IMG/VR virus record: IMGVR_UViG_3300042191_000126
From: an uncultured virus (IMG/VR IMGVR_UViG_3300042191_000126)
Taxonomy: Duplodnaviria; Heunggongvirae; Uroviricota; Caudoviricetes
Strand: one strand, 5' to 3'
Length of the DNA stretch: 64,000 nucleotides
Under the pieces are notes generated by a model, which saw nothing but the letters and a program-made list of their open reading frames with translations, searched no databases and was not told where the DNA came from. How positions within the stretch are numbered: position 1 is the stretch's first letter; the number at the start of each line of letters is the position of its first letter. Shown here in pieces: positions 56,146 to 64,000 of the stretch. Both the position numbers and the translations under genes were made by a program.

Positions 56146-58968
56146 GTGGCCATGGGCGTAGCAGCCCGCGTCGCAGGGTGGCGGCAGCGCACCGGTGGCT
56201 GGCCGGCCGTGGCCGCCGCATCGGGGTCGGCTCAGCCGACGCATCCGGTGGTGGAGATGTACATCCGGGAGGCGTGGACGGACATCTCTCAGTGGGTGCG
56301 GTACGAGCAGGGTGTCGCCATCCGCCGTGGCGGGAGTGACGCGTCGACGTCGTTGCAGTACGGGCGGTGCACGCTGACGCTCGACAATCGGGATGGGCGG
56401 TTCACTCCGCGGAATCCGGCCGGGCCCTGGTATGGGCAGATCGGCCGGAACACTCCGATCCGTGTGTGGCGGGCGGATGGTGACGTCCGCCGGTTCCGGT
56501 TTCACGGTGAGGTGACGTCCTGGCCTCTGCGGTGGGACACCACCGGCCAGGACATGTACATGCCGCTGGAGGCTGCTGGGATAGTGCAGCGGCTGACGCA
56601 GAGCGGTTCTACGCGATCCACGCTGTACCGGGCGCTGGCCATCCTGGCCACGACACCGCCGATCGCGTACTGGCCGTGCGAGGACGCGTCCGGGTCCACG
56701 GCGCTGGCATCGGGTTTGCCGGGCGGGCAGTCGATGATCGTCAGCGGAACGCCGACGCTGGCCACCTATGACGAGTTCGCCGCGTCGGCGGCGATCCCCA
56801 CGGTCGGTACCAGCACGTGGCTCGGAAACGTTCCGGCGCACGAGGCGACTGGCGCGTCGCAGGTCCGGTTCATCATCGGTATCCCAGCAGCGGGGCTGAC
56901 GACCGGGACGATCCTCGTCCGCGTGTGGACCACGGGGACTGCTCGTCGTCTCGATCTGGAGTACGACAGCTCCTCCAGTGGCGGGTTCGGGGTGCGGGCG
57001 TACGACCAGGACGGGACACTCCTCGACTTCACGGGATACCTCTCAGACGCGTACAACGGCAAAAATCTTCGCGTCTCGCTCTACGCCACACAAAGCGGAG
57101 CAAACTTCACCTTCGGGTACAACGCGACCGAGGTCGGCTCAGCGGACGGCCCCGGCCTCAGCGTCGAAGTCCTCGGCAGCAACTTCGGCCGTATCGACGC
57201 GGTACGGGTAGGACCCAACAGCGACATCGGTGACGCGGCGATCGGACACATCTCGGTACACGCCGAGGTCACGTCCATCCTCGACCTCACTGACGAACTC
57301 GCCGCCTACGTCGGAGAGACCGCCGGCCGAAGAGTTGAGCGCCTCGCACGCGAGGAAGGCATTGCCTTCCTGTCGGTGGGCGACCTGGATGACACCGCGG
57401 CCATGGGCACGCAGCAGCCAGGCTCGCTGATGGGCCTCCTCCAGGAGTGCGTGGACGCCGACATGGGGGTGCTGTACGAGCCGCGGGACATGCTGGGACT
57501 GGGCTACCGAACCCGGGTGTCTCTGTACAACCAGGCTGCTGCCCTGGCGCTGGATTATGCAGCGGCCGAGCTGTTTGGCTCACTGGAGCCGACTGACGAC
57601 GACAAAGACCTGGCCAACCGGGTTACCGCGACGAGGCAGGGCGGGTCATCGCGCACCGCTGAGCTGCTGTCCGGGCCGCTGTCGGTCCTGGCGCCACCGG
57701 ACGGCGTGTACCCGTACGAGCAGTCGGTCACCGTCAACGTCGAGGCGGACGACCAGCTCAGCAACATCGCCGGATGGCGGGTCCGGCTGGGCACCGTCGA
57801 CGAGACCCGCTACCCGAAAATCAGCATGTGGCTGCACAACCAGCGGATTGCAGCCGACACCGATCTGGTTCGCACCGCCCTGGTGACAGACCTCGGTGAC
57901 CGCGTCACCGTGTCGAACCTGCCGTCGCAGCTCCCGCCGGGCGATGTGCAGCAGCTGGTGCAGGGCACCGAGGAGGTTCTCCGGAATCCGGAGCATGAGA
58001 TCACCTTCGTGTGTGCGCCGGCGGCGCCGTGGAATGTGGCGACGGTGGACGGGGCAACGTATGCGCGGGCCGACACGGGTGGCAGCACGGTTGCCCAGAG
58101 CGTGGTGGCGGCCGCGGATACGAGTATCGACGTGCACACCACGCTGGGCACATCCCCGGTGTGGATCACCTCCGATGGTGTGGGTGGCACCGGGTACGCC
58201 GCCCAGTTCCCGTTCGACGTCGTGATCGGCGGGGAGCAGATGACGGTCACCGCATGCGAGTCGAAAACGTGGGACACGTTCACTCGATCGGAGACCGATG
58301 CGTGGGGGACATCCGACTCGGGACATACGTGGGATCTCGCGGCCGGGTCGGTCACGGAGCGGTCCGTTGACGGGAGTCAGGGCCTGGTGGTCCTTTCGTC
58401 GGCGCCGTCCACGATCCGGTTTCAGCAGATCATCGCCGATGTGACTGATTCCGAGACGATGGTTGCCATCACCCCTGACCAGGTCGCTACGGGCGCTGGG
58501 TTTCTGCCCGGGCTGCTGTTCCGTGGTGACGGGTCGAGGTTCTACCGGTGTCGTCTGGTGCTGGGCACGGATCAGTCGGTTGGTTTGCAGGTGGTGGAGA
58601 ACGTCACGGCGATCGGGTCGACGGTGTCGCTGCGGTGGACGTACAGTGCGGCGACGAAAATCTGGCTGCGGGCCCGGATGGATGGGTGGCGGATCCGTGG
58701 CCGGGCGTGGGCGGACGGCTCCAGTGATCCGGTGACGTGGCAGATTGATGAGGTTGTGCCGGCCGGTCCGAACACGTTCGGTTCGTTCGGGGTGACGACG
58801 TCGACGTTCGCCGGTAACACGAACGTGAGCCCGACGTTCGCGTACGACGGGTTCGATGTGATCACACCGCAGGCGATGACAGTGACCCGCAGTGTCAACG
58901 GTGTGACGAAATCCCATGCCCGGGACGATGCGGTGAAGTTGGCGAATCCGGCGTACATCCCCCTGTAG
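56146..58968 (+). CDS. Tail tip/baseplate hub protein
   Basis: LTLDNRDGRFTPRNP, PIAYWPCED, TVTRSVNGV. Confidence 0.85.
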   Translation: MAMGVAARVAGWRQRTGGWPAVAAASGSAQPTHPVVEMYIREAWTDISQWVRYEQGVAIRRGGSDASTSLQYGRCTLTLDNRDGRFTPRNPAGPWYGQIGRNTPIRVWRADGDVRRFRFHGEVTSWPLRWDTTGQDMYMPLEAAGIVQRLTQSGSTRSTLYRALAILATTPPIAYWPCEDASGSTALASGLPGGQSMIVSGTPTLATYDEFAASAAIPTVGTSTWLGNVPAHEATGASQVRFIIGIPAAGLTTGTILVRVWTTGTARRLDLEYDSSSSGGFGVRAYDQDGTLLDFTGYLSDAYNGKNLRVSLYATQSGANFTFGYNATEVGSADGPGLSVEVLGSNFGRIDAVRVGPNSDIGDAAIGHISVHAEVTSILDLTDELAAYVGETAGRRVERLAREEGIAFLSVGDLDDTAAMGTQQPGSLMGLLQECVDADMGVLYEPRDMLGLGYRTRVSLYNQAAALALDYAAAELFGSLEPTDDDKDLANRVTATRQGGSSRTAELLSGPLSVLAPPDGVYPYEQSVTVNVEADDQLSNIAGWRVRLGTVDETRYPKISMWLHNQRIAADTDLVRTALVTDLGDRVTVSNLPSQLPPGDVQQLVQGTEEVLRNPEHEITFVCAPAAPWNVATVDGATYARADTGGSTVAQSVVAAADTSIDVHTTLGTSPVWITSDGVGGTGYAAQFPFDVVIGGEQMTVTACESKTWDTFTRSETDAWGTSDSGHTWDLAAGSVTERSVDGSQGLVVLSSAPSTIRFQQIIADVTDSETMVAITPDQVATGAGFLPGLLFRGDGSRFYRCRLVLGTDQSVGLQVVENVTAIGSTVSLRWTYSAATKIWLRARMDGWRIRGRAWADGSSDPVTWQIDEVVPAGPNTFGSFGVTTSTFAGNTNVSPTFAYDGFDVITPQAMTVTRSVNGVTKSHARDDAVKLANPAYIPL

Positions 58969-58977
58969 GAGAATGTT

Positions 58978-59490
58978 GTGGCTTTTCAGCAGTGGCTCGC
59001 CGGGGAGCAGATCACGGCGGATCGGCTGGCGTCGATCTCCCCGGTGTGGGCGGACTGGACGCCGACGTGGACGACAGCAACCGGCTCCGCGACCCCATCA
59101 TTCGGGGACGCGACGATCACCGCCCGGTACGCGCAGTCCGCGGACATCGTGTTCTGGCGCCTGGAGATCACGTTCGGGGCGACGACAAACTTCGGGACGG
59201 CCCCGACGGTGTCCGACAACTGGCGGTTTTCGATGCCGGTCACAGCAGCATCAATTGCTCTCGTTATCGGGTCGGGCGAGATTGGTGATGCGACGGCATC
59301 GGTCGGTTCGCGGCTGCGGGTTCGGTGCCGGTTGACGACGACGACGACGGTTGAGCTGGAGACGTCGTCGGGACGGGTGGATTCGACAGCTCTCACCACG
59401 CCGAACTGGGGCATCGTCGACTCCGTCAGCCCGTGGACGTGGGCCGCGAGCGACTTCATACGCGTGTCGGGTTTCTACGAGGCGGCCTGA
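58978..59490 (+). CDS. Minor tail/receptor-binding-type protein
   Basis: WLAGEQITADRL, WTPTWT, FSMPV, SGFYEA. Confidence 0.75.
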   Translation: MAFQQWLAGEQITADRLASISPVWADWTPTWTTATGSATPSFGDATITARYAQSADIVFWRLEITFGATTNFGTAPTVSDNWRFSMPVTAASIALVIGSGEIGDATASVGSRLRVRCRLTTTTTVELETSSGRVDSTALTTPNWGIVDSVSPWTWAASDFIRVSGFYEAA

Positions 59491-59574
59491 CCTATGTCCT
59501 GCCGTCCTGCCCCGGCGCCGGTTGACGGCGAGGCCATCAAAGTCGCCTGAATCTGACGGGGGTTGGTCCTGGGC

Positions 59575-60069
59575 ATGAGTATCTCCACGCCGCCGATCTA
59601 TCTCTACACGCTGGTTGATGTTCCGGGAGTTGTCGCAGCGAACAATTTCCTGGCGGTATTCAACCCGGCGAATTCGGGGAAAGTGCACGTCGCGCTCCAG
59701 TTGATTGTGGCGAGCTATTCCGGTGGTGTGACAGCTACGGCGAATTCGCTGATCAGCAAGCGGATCACCGCGTCCAGTGGTGGGACTCTGGTTTCTGCGA
59801 GTACCGTTGCCCGGTTTCGTACCGACTGGGATGATCCTGCGTCGGCGGTCCGGATAGATAATCCGACGGTCACGACGTCGGGGCTGGGTCTGGCCGTTGT
59901 CTCTCCGGTGGTGTCGGCTGGCGTTGGTCAGTCCAGTGCACAGATTTCTCCTCCGCCGGGTGCTTCATTCGTCATGACGCCGGGGCAGGGGCTGGTTTTC
60001 TACACGGCGGGTGGCGACGTCGATCAGGTCTGGAATATCACGTATTTATGGACGGAGGCGGATGCGTGA
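59575..60069 (+). CDS. Hypothetical beta-rich virion protein
   Basis: Position; lower GC than neighbours. Confidence 0.65.
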   Translation: MSISTPPIYLYTLVDVPGVVAANNFLAVFNPANSGKVHVALQLIVASYSGGVTATANSLISKRITASSGGTLVSASTVARFRTDWDDPASAVRIDNPTVTTSGLGLAVVSPVVSAGVGQSSAQISPPPGASFVMTPGQGLVFYTAGGDVDQVWNITYLWTEADA

Positions 60070-60140
60070 TGGCGCATTCCCTCAGTTCAACCCGGCGCCA
60101 CCGTGGCCCGGGGTTTCCTGCTGCCCCAAGGGAGGGCCCC

Positions 60141-60353
60141 ATGGCCTATGACCTGGATATTCAGAATCGCTTCACCTACCACCCGCCGCACGGTGATCAG
60201 GCCGCCCGATACGAGCGTCTGCGGGCTGCAGGACGGGAGTTCGCCGAGCTCCTATGCGAGCTGTGCCCGTCCTCGCCCGAGCTGTCCCGTGCCGTGGCAC
60301 ACGTGGATGAGGCCGTGATGAATGCGAACGCGGCAGTTGCGAGGCACAGCTGA
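60141..60353 (+). CDS. Acb2/Tad1-like helical hairpin protein (putative signal sponge)
   Basis: RFTYHPP...RYE.LR...CPSSPELSRAVAHVDEAVMNANAAVAR; GGGAGG RBS. Confidence 0.7.
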   Translation: MAYDLDIQNRFTYHPPHGDQAARYERLRAAGREFAELLCELCPSSPELSRAVAHVDEAVMNANAAVARHS

Positions 60354-61264
60354 TGGCTACTCCACTCACAGCTGAGGCATTCCTCGCCGCGCTCAAGGCC
60401 GAGGGTGTGCGAGTCGTCGAGGTCGGCGACTGGCGTACCCACAACCGCAACCACGTAGGCCCCTGGGGCCCGACGCATGGGGTGATGATCCACCACACCG
60501 TCACCACGGGCACCGCGACCAGCGTGCGGATCTGCCGCGACGGCTACACGTCCCTGCCCGGCCCGCTGTGCCACGGCGTCATCGACAAGACCGGCACCGT
60601 GCACCTCGTCGGCTACGGGCGGGCGAACCACGCCGGCCTCGGTGACGACGACGTGCTGCGCGCCGTGATCGCCGAGACCACGCTGCCGCCGGACGATGAG
60701 GCCACGGTCGACGGCAACCGGCACTTCTACGGCTTCGAGTGCGAGAACCTCGGCGACGGCCATGACCCGTGGCCCGAGGCGCAGCTCCTCGCGATCGAGA
60801 AGGTGTCGGCCGCGATCTGCCGGGCGCACGGCTGGTCGGCGAGGTCGGTGATCGGGCACATGGAGTGGCAGCCGGGGAAGGTCGATCCGCGCGGGTTCGC
60901 CATGGCGGGCATGCGGGACCGGATCGGTGTCCGGCTCGGCCACCCGGTGCCTGTGGCCGTGCTCCCGGCCCCGGTGCGGCCGGTGGTGGACCTGTCGCGT
61001 CTGGTTGCTGCGGCCCGTACGGATCCGTCCCGGGCCGGGACTCCGGTGTCGTACGGCGGGGTGCGGATGGTGGAGGCGGCGCTGGTCGATGAGGGGCTGC
61101 TCGCCCGGCGGTACTCCGATGGGCACTACGGCTCCCTCACGGTGCGGGCGTACGCGGCCTGGCAGCGGCGGTGCGGCCATACGGGTGCGGGCGCGGACGG
61201 TATTCCCGGCATGGCATCGCTCCGGATGCTGGGCCGGCGGCACGGCTTCGATGTGAGGGACTGA
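60353..61264 (+). CDS. Endolysin, N-acetylmuramoyl-L-alanine amidase with PG-binding domain
   Basis: VMIHHT, RANHAG, GFECEN, IGHMEW..GKVDP; DGHYG/DGIPG. Confidence 0.92.
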   Translation: MATPLTAEAFLAALKAEGVRVVEVGDWRTHNRNHVGPWGPTHGVMIHHTVTTGTATSVRICRDGYTSLPGPLCHGVIDKTGTVHLVGYGRANHAGLGDDDVLRAVIAETTLPPDDEATVDGNRHFYGFECENLGDGHDPWPEAQLLAIEKVSAAICRAHGWSARSVIGHMEWQPGKVDPRGFAMAGMRDRIGVRLGHPVPVAVLPAPVRPVVDLSRLVAAARTDPSRAGTPVSYGGVRMVEAALVDEGLLARRYSDGHYGSLTVRAYAAWQRRCGHTGAGADGIPGMASLRMLGRRHGFDVRD

Positions 61265-61266
61265 TC

Positions 61267-61491
61267 ATGCGCGTGTTTTTGGTGGATCTCGTCGAGCGGA
61301 CCGCGGCGACGTACGCTGCCGCGTTCCTCGGTCTGCTCCTTGCCGGCAGCTTCGACTTCACCAGCCTGTCGGCGTGGCAGGCTGCTGCGGTGGCTGCGCT
61401 CCCGGCCGCGGTGACTGTCGTGAAGGGGGGCATCGGATCGCTGATCGGTGACCGGTGGTCGGCTGCGTGGCTGCCCCGGGACCGGTCGTGA
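61267..61491 (+). CDS. Holin
   Basis: DLVERTAATYAAAFLG; two TM; follows endolysin. Confidence 0.85.
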   Translation: MRVFLVDLVERTAATYAAAFLGLLLAGSFDFTSLSAWQAAAVAALPAAVTVVKGGIGSLIGDRWSAAWLPRDRS

Positions 61492-61745
61492 CGCCGCCGG
61501 AACAGCAGGTGGTGGCGTTGGAGTTGGAGCGGCTGCGGGGTTCGGTGGATACGGGGTTTGCCCGGTTGAACGGGCGTCTGGATGTGTCGCTGCAGCGGAC
61601 CGATCAGGCAGAGAAGGACATCGGCGATCTTGAGCAGCGGGTGTCGTCGCTAGAGCGATCGCGGTGGCCGTTGCCGAGTGTGGGCGTGTTGACGGGTGGG
61701 GCCGGGTTCGTGTTGGCGTTGTATCAGCTGGCGGATGGCGGGTGA
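61488..61745 (+). CDS. Coiled-coil protein with C-terminal TM (lysis cassette)
   Basis: LERLRGSVDTGF...LERSRWPLPSV. Confidence 0.75.
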   Translation: MTPPEQQVVALELERLRGSVDTGFARLNGRLDVSLQRTDQAEKDIGDLEQRVSSLERSRWPLPSVGVLTGGAGFVLALYQLADGG

Positions 61746-61751
61746 GTCGCG

Positions 61752-61955
61752 GTGTTGGCTGATGTGGTGTGGGGATCGCTGCTTGTGGTTGGCGCGGTGG
61801 TGGAGGTGTGGGCGCTGCGGAATGCGCGCGCGGGGGACACGCTGAGCGAGCGGACGCGGGTGTGGTTCCGGGTGCGGACGCCGTTCGGCCGGGCGGTGTT
61901 CGCGGTCGCCTGGGTCGGGTTCGCGGCCTGGTTCCTGGTGCACATCCTCGGGTGA
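61752..61955 (+). CDS. Two-TM membrane protein
   Basis: GDTLSE between two hydrophobic helices. Confidence 0.7.
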   Translation: MLADVVWGSLLVVGAVVEVWALRNARAGDTLSERTRVWFRVRTPFGRAVFAVAWVGFAAWFLVHILG

Positions 61956-61991
61956 GTGCTCGAGGCGTTGAAGAAGGAGAAGATCTTGAAG

Positions 61992-62177
61992 ATGAAGATG
62001 GCGGCGGTGGCCGGTGTGATGGCGGTTGCCGGTGTGATGACGGTGGCTGGTACGGCTGCGGCGGGTGAGTGGACCTGCCAGAATCCGGCGGGCAACGAGG
62101 TCCACGGCCAGTGCCAGGGTGAGCCGCTGGAGGTTGTCAATCCGGGCGGAAATGTCCCTCCTGGGAAGAACAAGTAG
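61992..62177 (+). CDS. Small secreted peptide
   Basis: AAGGAG upstream; signal peptide ending AAA; CQNPAGN...C...NPGGN. Confidence 0.6.
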   Translation: MKMAAVAGVMAVAGVMTVAGTAAAGEWTCQNPAGNEVHGQCQGEPLEVVNPGGNVPPGKNK

Positions 62178-62189
62178 TCGAACGCTGTG

Positions 62190-62266
62190 CGCCCCCGGCC
62201 TTCGCGGCCGGGGGCGTTCTTGCCGTGTAGCCGTGCCGCCCGCCCTCCTTCGGGAGAGCGGGCGGC
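62190..62266. terminator. Tandem intrinsic terminators ending the late operon
   Basis: CGCCCCCGGCC/GGCCGGGGGCG-TTCTTT and GCCGCCCGC...GCGGGCGGC. Confidence 0.8.
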
Positions 62267-62313
62267 CTGTTTTGCGTTGCGGACCGGGCGGGGGCGCTTT
62301 CGCCCGTCCGAGG

Positions 62314-62550
62314 TCAGGCTGCCCCGGGGTCGTCGCGTAGGTCGGTGCGGGCGCCGCGGCCGGGACGGGCAGCATGAGCGGCACAGACCTGCTCGGCGTC
62401 GTAGAGGCTGACACCTGCGCGGCCGGGCTGGCGGGCGACGGCGTGGACGCCCCAGCGGTGAAGCGTTTTGCGGGCGCTGCCGGTGGAGGCGGCGCCCAGG
62501 TAGTCGGAGACCTGAGCGATGGTCCACAGACCAGTTCCGTCCGCCATCAC
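62314..62550 (-). CDS. Small MerR/excisionase-like HTH protein
   Basis: LWTIAQVSDYLG...LYDAEQV...RPGRGARTDL. Confidence 0.75.
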   Translation of the reverse strand: MMADGTGLWTIAQVSDYLGAASTGSARKTLHRWGVHAVARQPGRAGVSLYDAEQVCAAHAARPGRGARTDLRDDPGAA

Positions 62551-63044
62551 AGGCCACCATCGCGGAGCCCCGCCAGGACACGGCGCTCACCGGCGCTGTG
62601 GTGCTCGCGGGACTCGATCTCAGCCTGCCACGCATCGAGGCGCCTCTGCCTGCTCTCTCTGGCAGCGCTCTCACGGTCGCCGGGCAGGATGTCGTCCCCA
62701 GCGCTGGGGAGCATGCCGGGGACGATGACGTCCAGGTGGTCGTAGCAGACACGGGTGAGGATGCCAGTGCCGGCGCTCTCGTTGAGGCATCCGGGGGCGG
62801 TGCACAGGCGGATCACGGGGCCGTCGGGGTCGATCATGTAGCGCAGCGTCTGGGCGACTGTCATGACTGGGACGTCGTCTTCCATGGATTCGATGGTGAC
62901 GTGCAGTTTTCCGGTCTCTGGGAGTCCGTGGAGATGCATTGTGGTGCGGTCGTCGGCGATGGCTGTCCACAGTCTGGCTGCTGTGGTGGTTGTGAGGATG
63001 CTGGTGCCGGTGGTTGCCGCGGTGAGCAGTTCGGTGAGGTTCAT
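62547..63044 (-). CDS. Hypothetical protein
   Basis: GAAGGA RBS; CTAPGC...CYDH. Confidence 0.65.
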   Translation of the reverse strand: MNLTELLTAATTGTSILTTTTAARLWTAIADDRTTMHLHGLPETGKLHVTIESMEDDVPVMTVAQTLRYMIDPDGPVIRLCTAPGCLNESAGTGILTRVCYDHLDVIVPGMLPSAGDDILPGDRESAARESRQRRLDAWQAEIESREHHSAGERRVLAGLRDGGL

Positions 63045-63073
63045 CGGAGGTCCTTCTCGTTGGCGATGACCCC

Positions 63074-63102
63074 AGCATGCCTCACCGTGAGGCAAAGTGC
63101 AA
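63074..63102 (-). promoter_or_regulatory. Leftward promoter with palindromic operator
   Basis: TTGCAC-N17-CATGCT on minus strand; TGCCTCAC-C-GTGAGGCA at 63078-63094. Confidence 0.7.
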
Positions 63103-63115
63103 GAGCGTTACACAG

Positions 63116-63148
63116 GTCGGCCCTCATCCCGGGTAGATGAGGGCCGAC
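63116..63148. terminator. Hairpin downstream of GntR gene
   Basis: GTCGGCCCTCATC / GATGAGGGCCGAC. Confidence 0.7.
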
Positions 63149-63166
63149 CGCAGCACACCCCCGGCC

Positions 63167-63910
63167 TCACTCGACCGTGTACTCGTAGCCGATCACAAAC
63201 CGGGGCGGCAGACACCACTCGCCGTAGACGATGAGTCCCTGCTCGTCTGACCACTCGTGCGCCCCGGCCAGGATCGGCTCACCTACCCTCACACCCAGGT
63301 GAGCGGCTTCCCGAGCATCAGCCTCCCGGCCATGCATGGCATCCCTCCCGGAGGCGACCCGGCGGCCCAGCTTCTCCTCGATCTGCATCAGCAGGTCATT
63401 GCCCCGGCCCGGGTGGCCGGCGGTGCGTTGCCCGGGCTCGGTACCCAGCAGATCGGGCACCGCCTCGACGAAATGGGCCGGGTATTAGTCGACAGCGAGC
63501 ATCGTCCGCTGGCGTCCCCGGCCGGTGACGTACTCGCGGCGTACCAGGCGCTCGCCCGGGTCGATGTCGAACAGCTCGGCCACGTACAGCGGCGGCACGA
63601 TGAGTTCGGCCGCGATGACGCGCTTGGTCTCGCCGACTGCGAGGAAACTCCCGGTGCGGTGGGTGCGTAGCAGCCGGTCGCGGGCGGATGGTCCGGCGTT
63701 GGGGCTGTCGGCGACGAACGAGCCGCGCTGGGTGGTGACGATGTAGCCCTCGACCTGGAGCCAGGACAGGGCGTGGCGGACGGTGGTGGACGATACGCCG
63801 TGGTGTTCGGCGAGGTCCTTGACGCTGGGTAGGCGCTGGCTGGGGGCGAGGTCGCCGTCGCGGATCTGCTGCCGGTAGTGCTCGGCGATGCGCTCGTATG
63901 GGTGCTGCAT
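63167..63910 (-). pseudogene. GntR/UTRA (KorSA/TraR-like) regulator with in-frame stop
   Basis: YERIAEHYRQQI...RLPS...VSSTTV; TAA at 63487-63485; same frame continues YPAHFVEAVP...VYGEW. Confidence 0.8.
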
Positions 63911-63929
63911 GCGTGCAGCCTTCCACGTC

Positions 63930-63997
63930 CGAGTTAATTCACTCAAGGGTCTTGCGAGTTAACTCACTCGCCCTCTACGTTTCGAGTTACCTCACTC
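63930..63997. promoter_or_regulatory. Three operator repeats over a rightward promoter
   Basis: CGAGTTA(A/C)(T/C)TCACTC at 63930, 63955, 63983; TTGCGA-N18-TACGTT. Confidence 0.8.
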
Positions 63998-64000
63998 GGA

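Larger units (their letters stand above)
1..63150 (+). mobile_element. Temperate siphovirus-type prophage of a Streptomyces-like host (left end and integrase outside window; right boundary uncertain)
   Basis: Canonical gene order: repressor/cro, recombination, replication, terminase, portal, protease, capsid, tail, tape measure, endolysin, holin. Confidence 0.95.

Noticed and set aside
12900..62000. Shift from C/A-rich early region to G/T-rich tail region as a replication signal
   Set aside because: Judged by eye only and it also fluctuates within genes; needs a computed cumulative skew
1..64000. Integrase, attL/attR
   Set aside because: No tyrosine or serine recombinase motifs and no flanking direct repeat found; probably left of the window

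Overview
High-GC actinobacterial (Streptomyces-like) temperate siphophage, almost certainly a prophage, spanning nearly the whole window. The integrase and attachment sites are not visible; the repressor is cut by the left edge. Order: repressor/cro switch (1-871); recombination and replication genes (RecT-like annealase, DnaQ-like exonuclease, RuvC-like resolvase, WblE-like WhiB, ParB-DNA methyltransferase fusion plus a putative nuclease, an initiator carrying iteron-like repeats, DnaB); a long mosaic of small accessory genes (14.3-31 kb); terminase with a class 3 intein, portal, ClpP-type protease, HK97-type capsid, tail, lysis; and a broken GntR/UTRA regulator at the right edge. The most unusual part is 31.2-36.3 kb, just before the terminase: a divergently regulated operon with a 4-TM Spd-like protein and a TraB/FtsK-like translocase, resembling a Streptomyces conjugative transfer module. 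It carries clustered TCCGGAC repeats and tRNA-like mini-structures between its genes. Also notable: an internally deleted copy of a tail gene 36 kb from the tail module, an Acb2/Tad1-like gene before the endolysin, and repeated gene-boundary sequences. All family assignments come from recognising motifs by eye; no database search was run.
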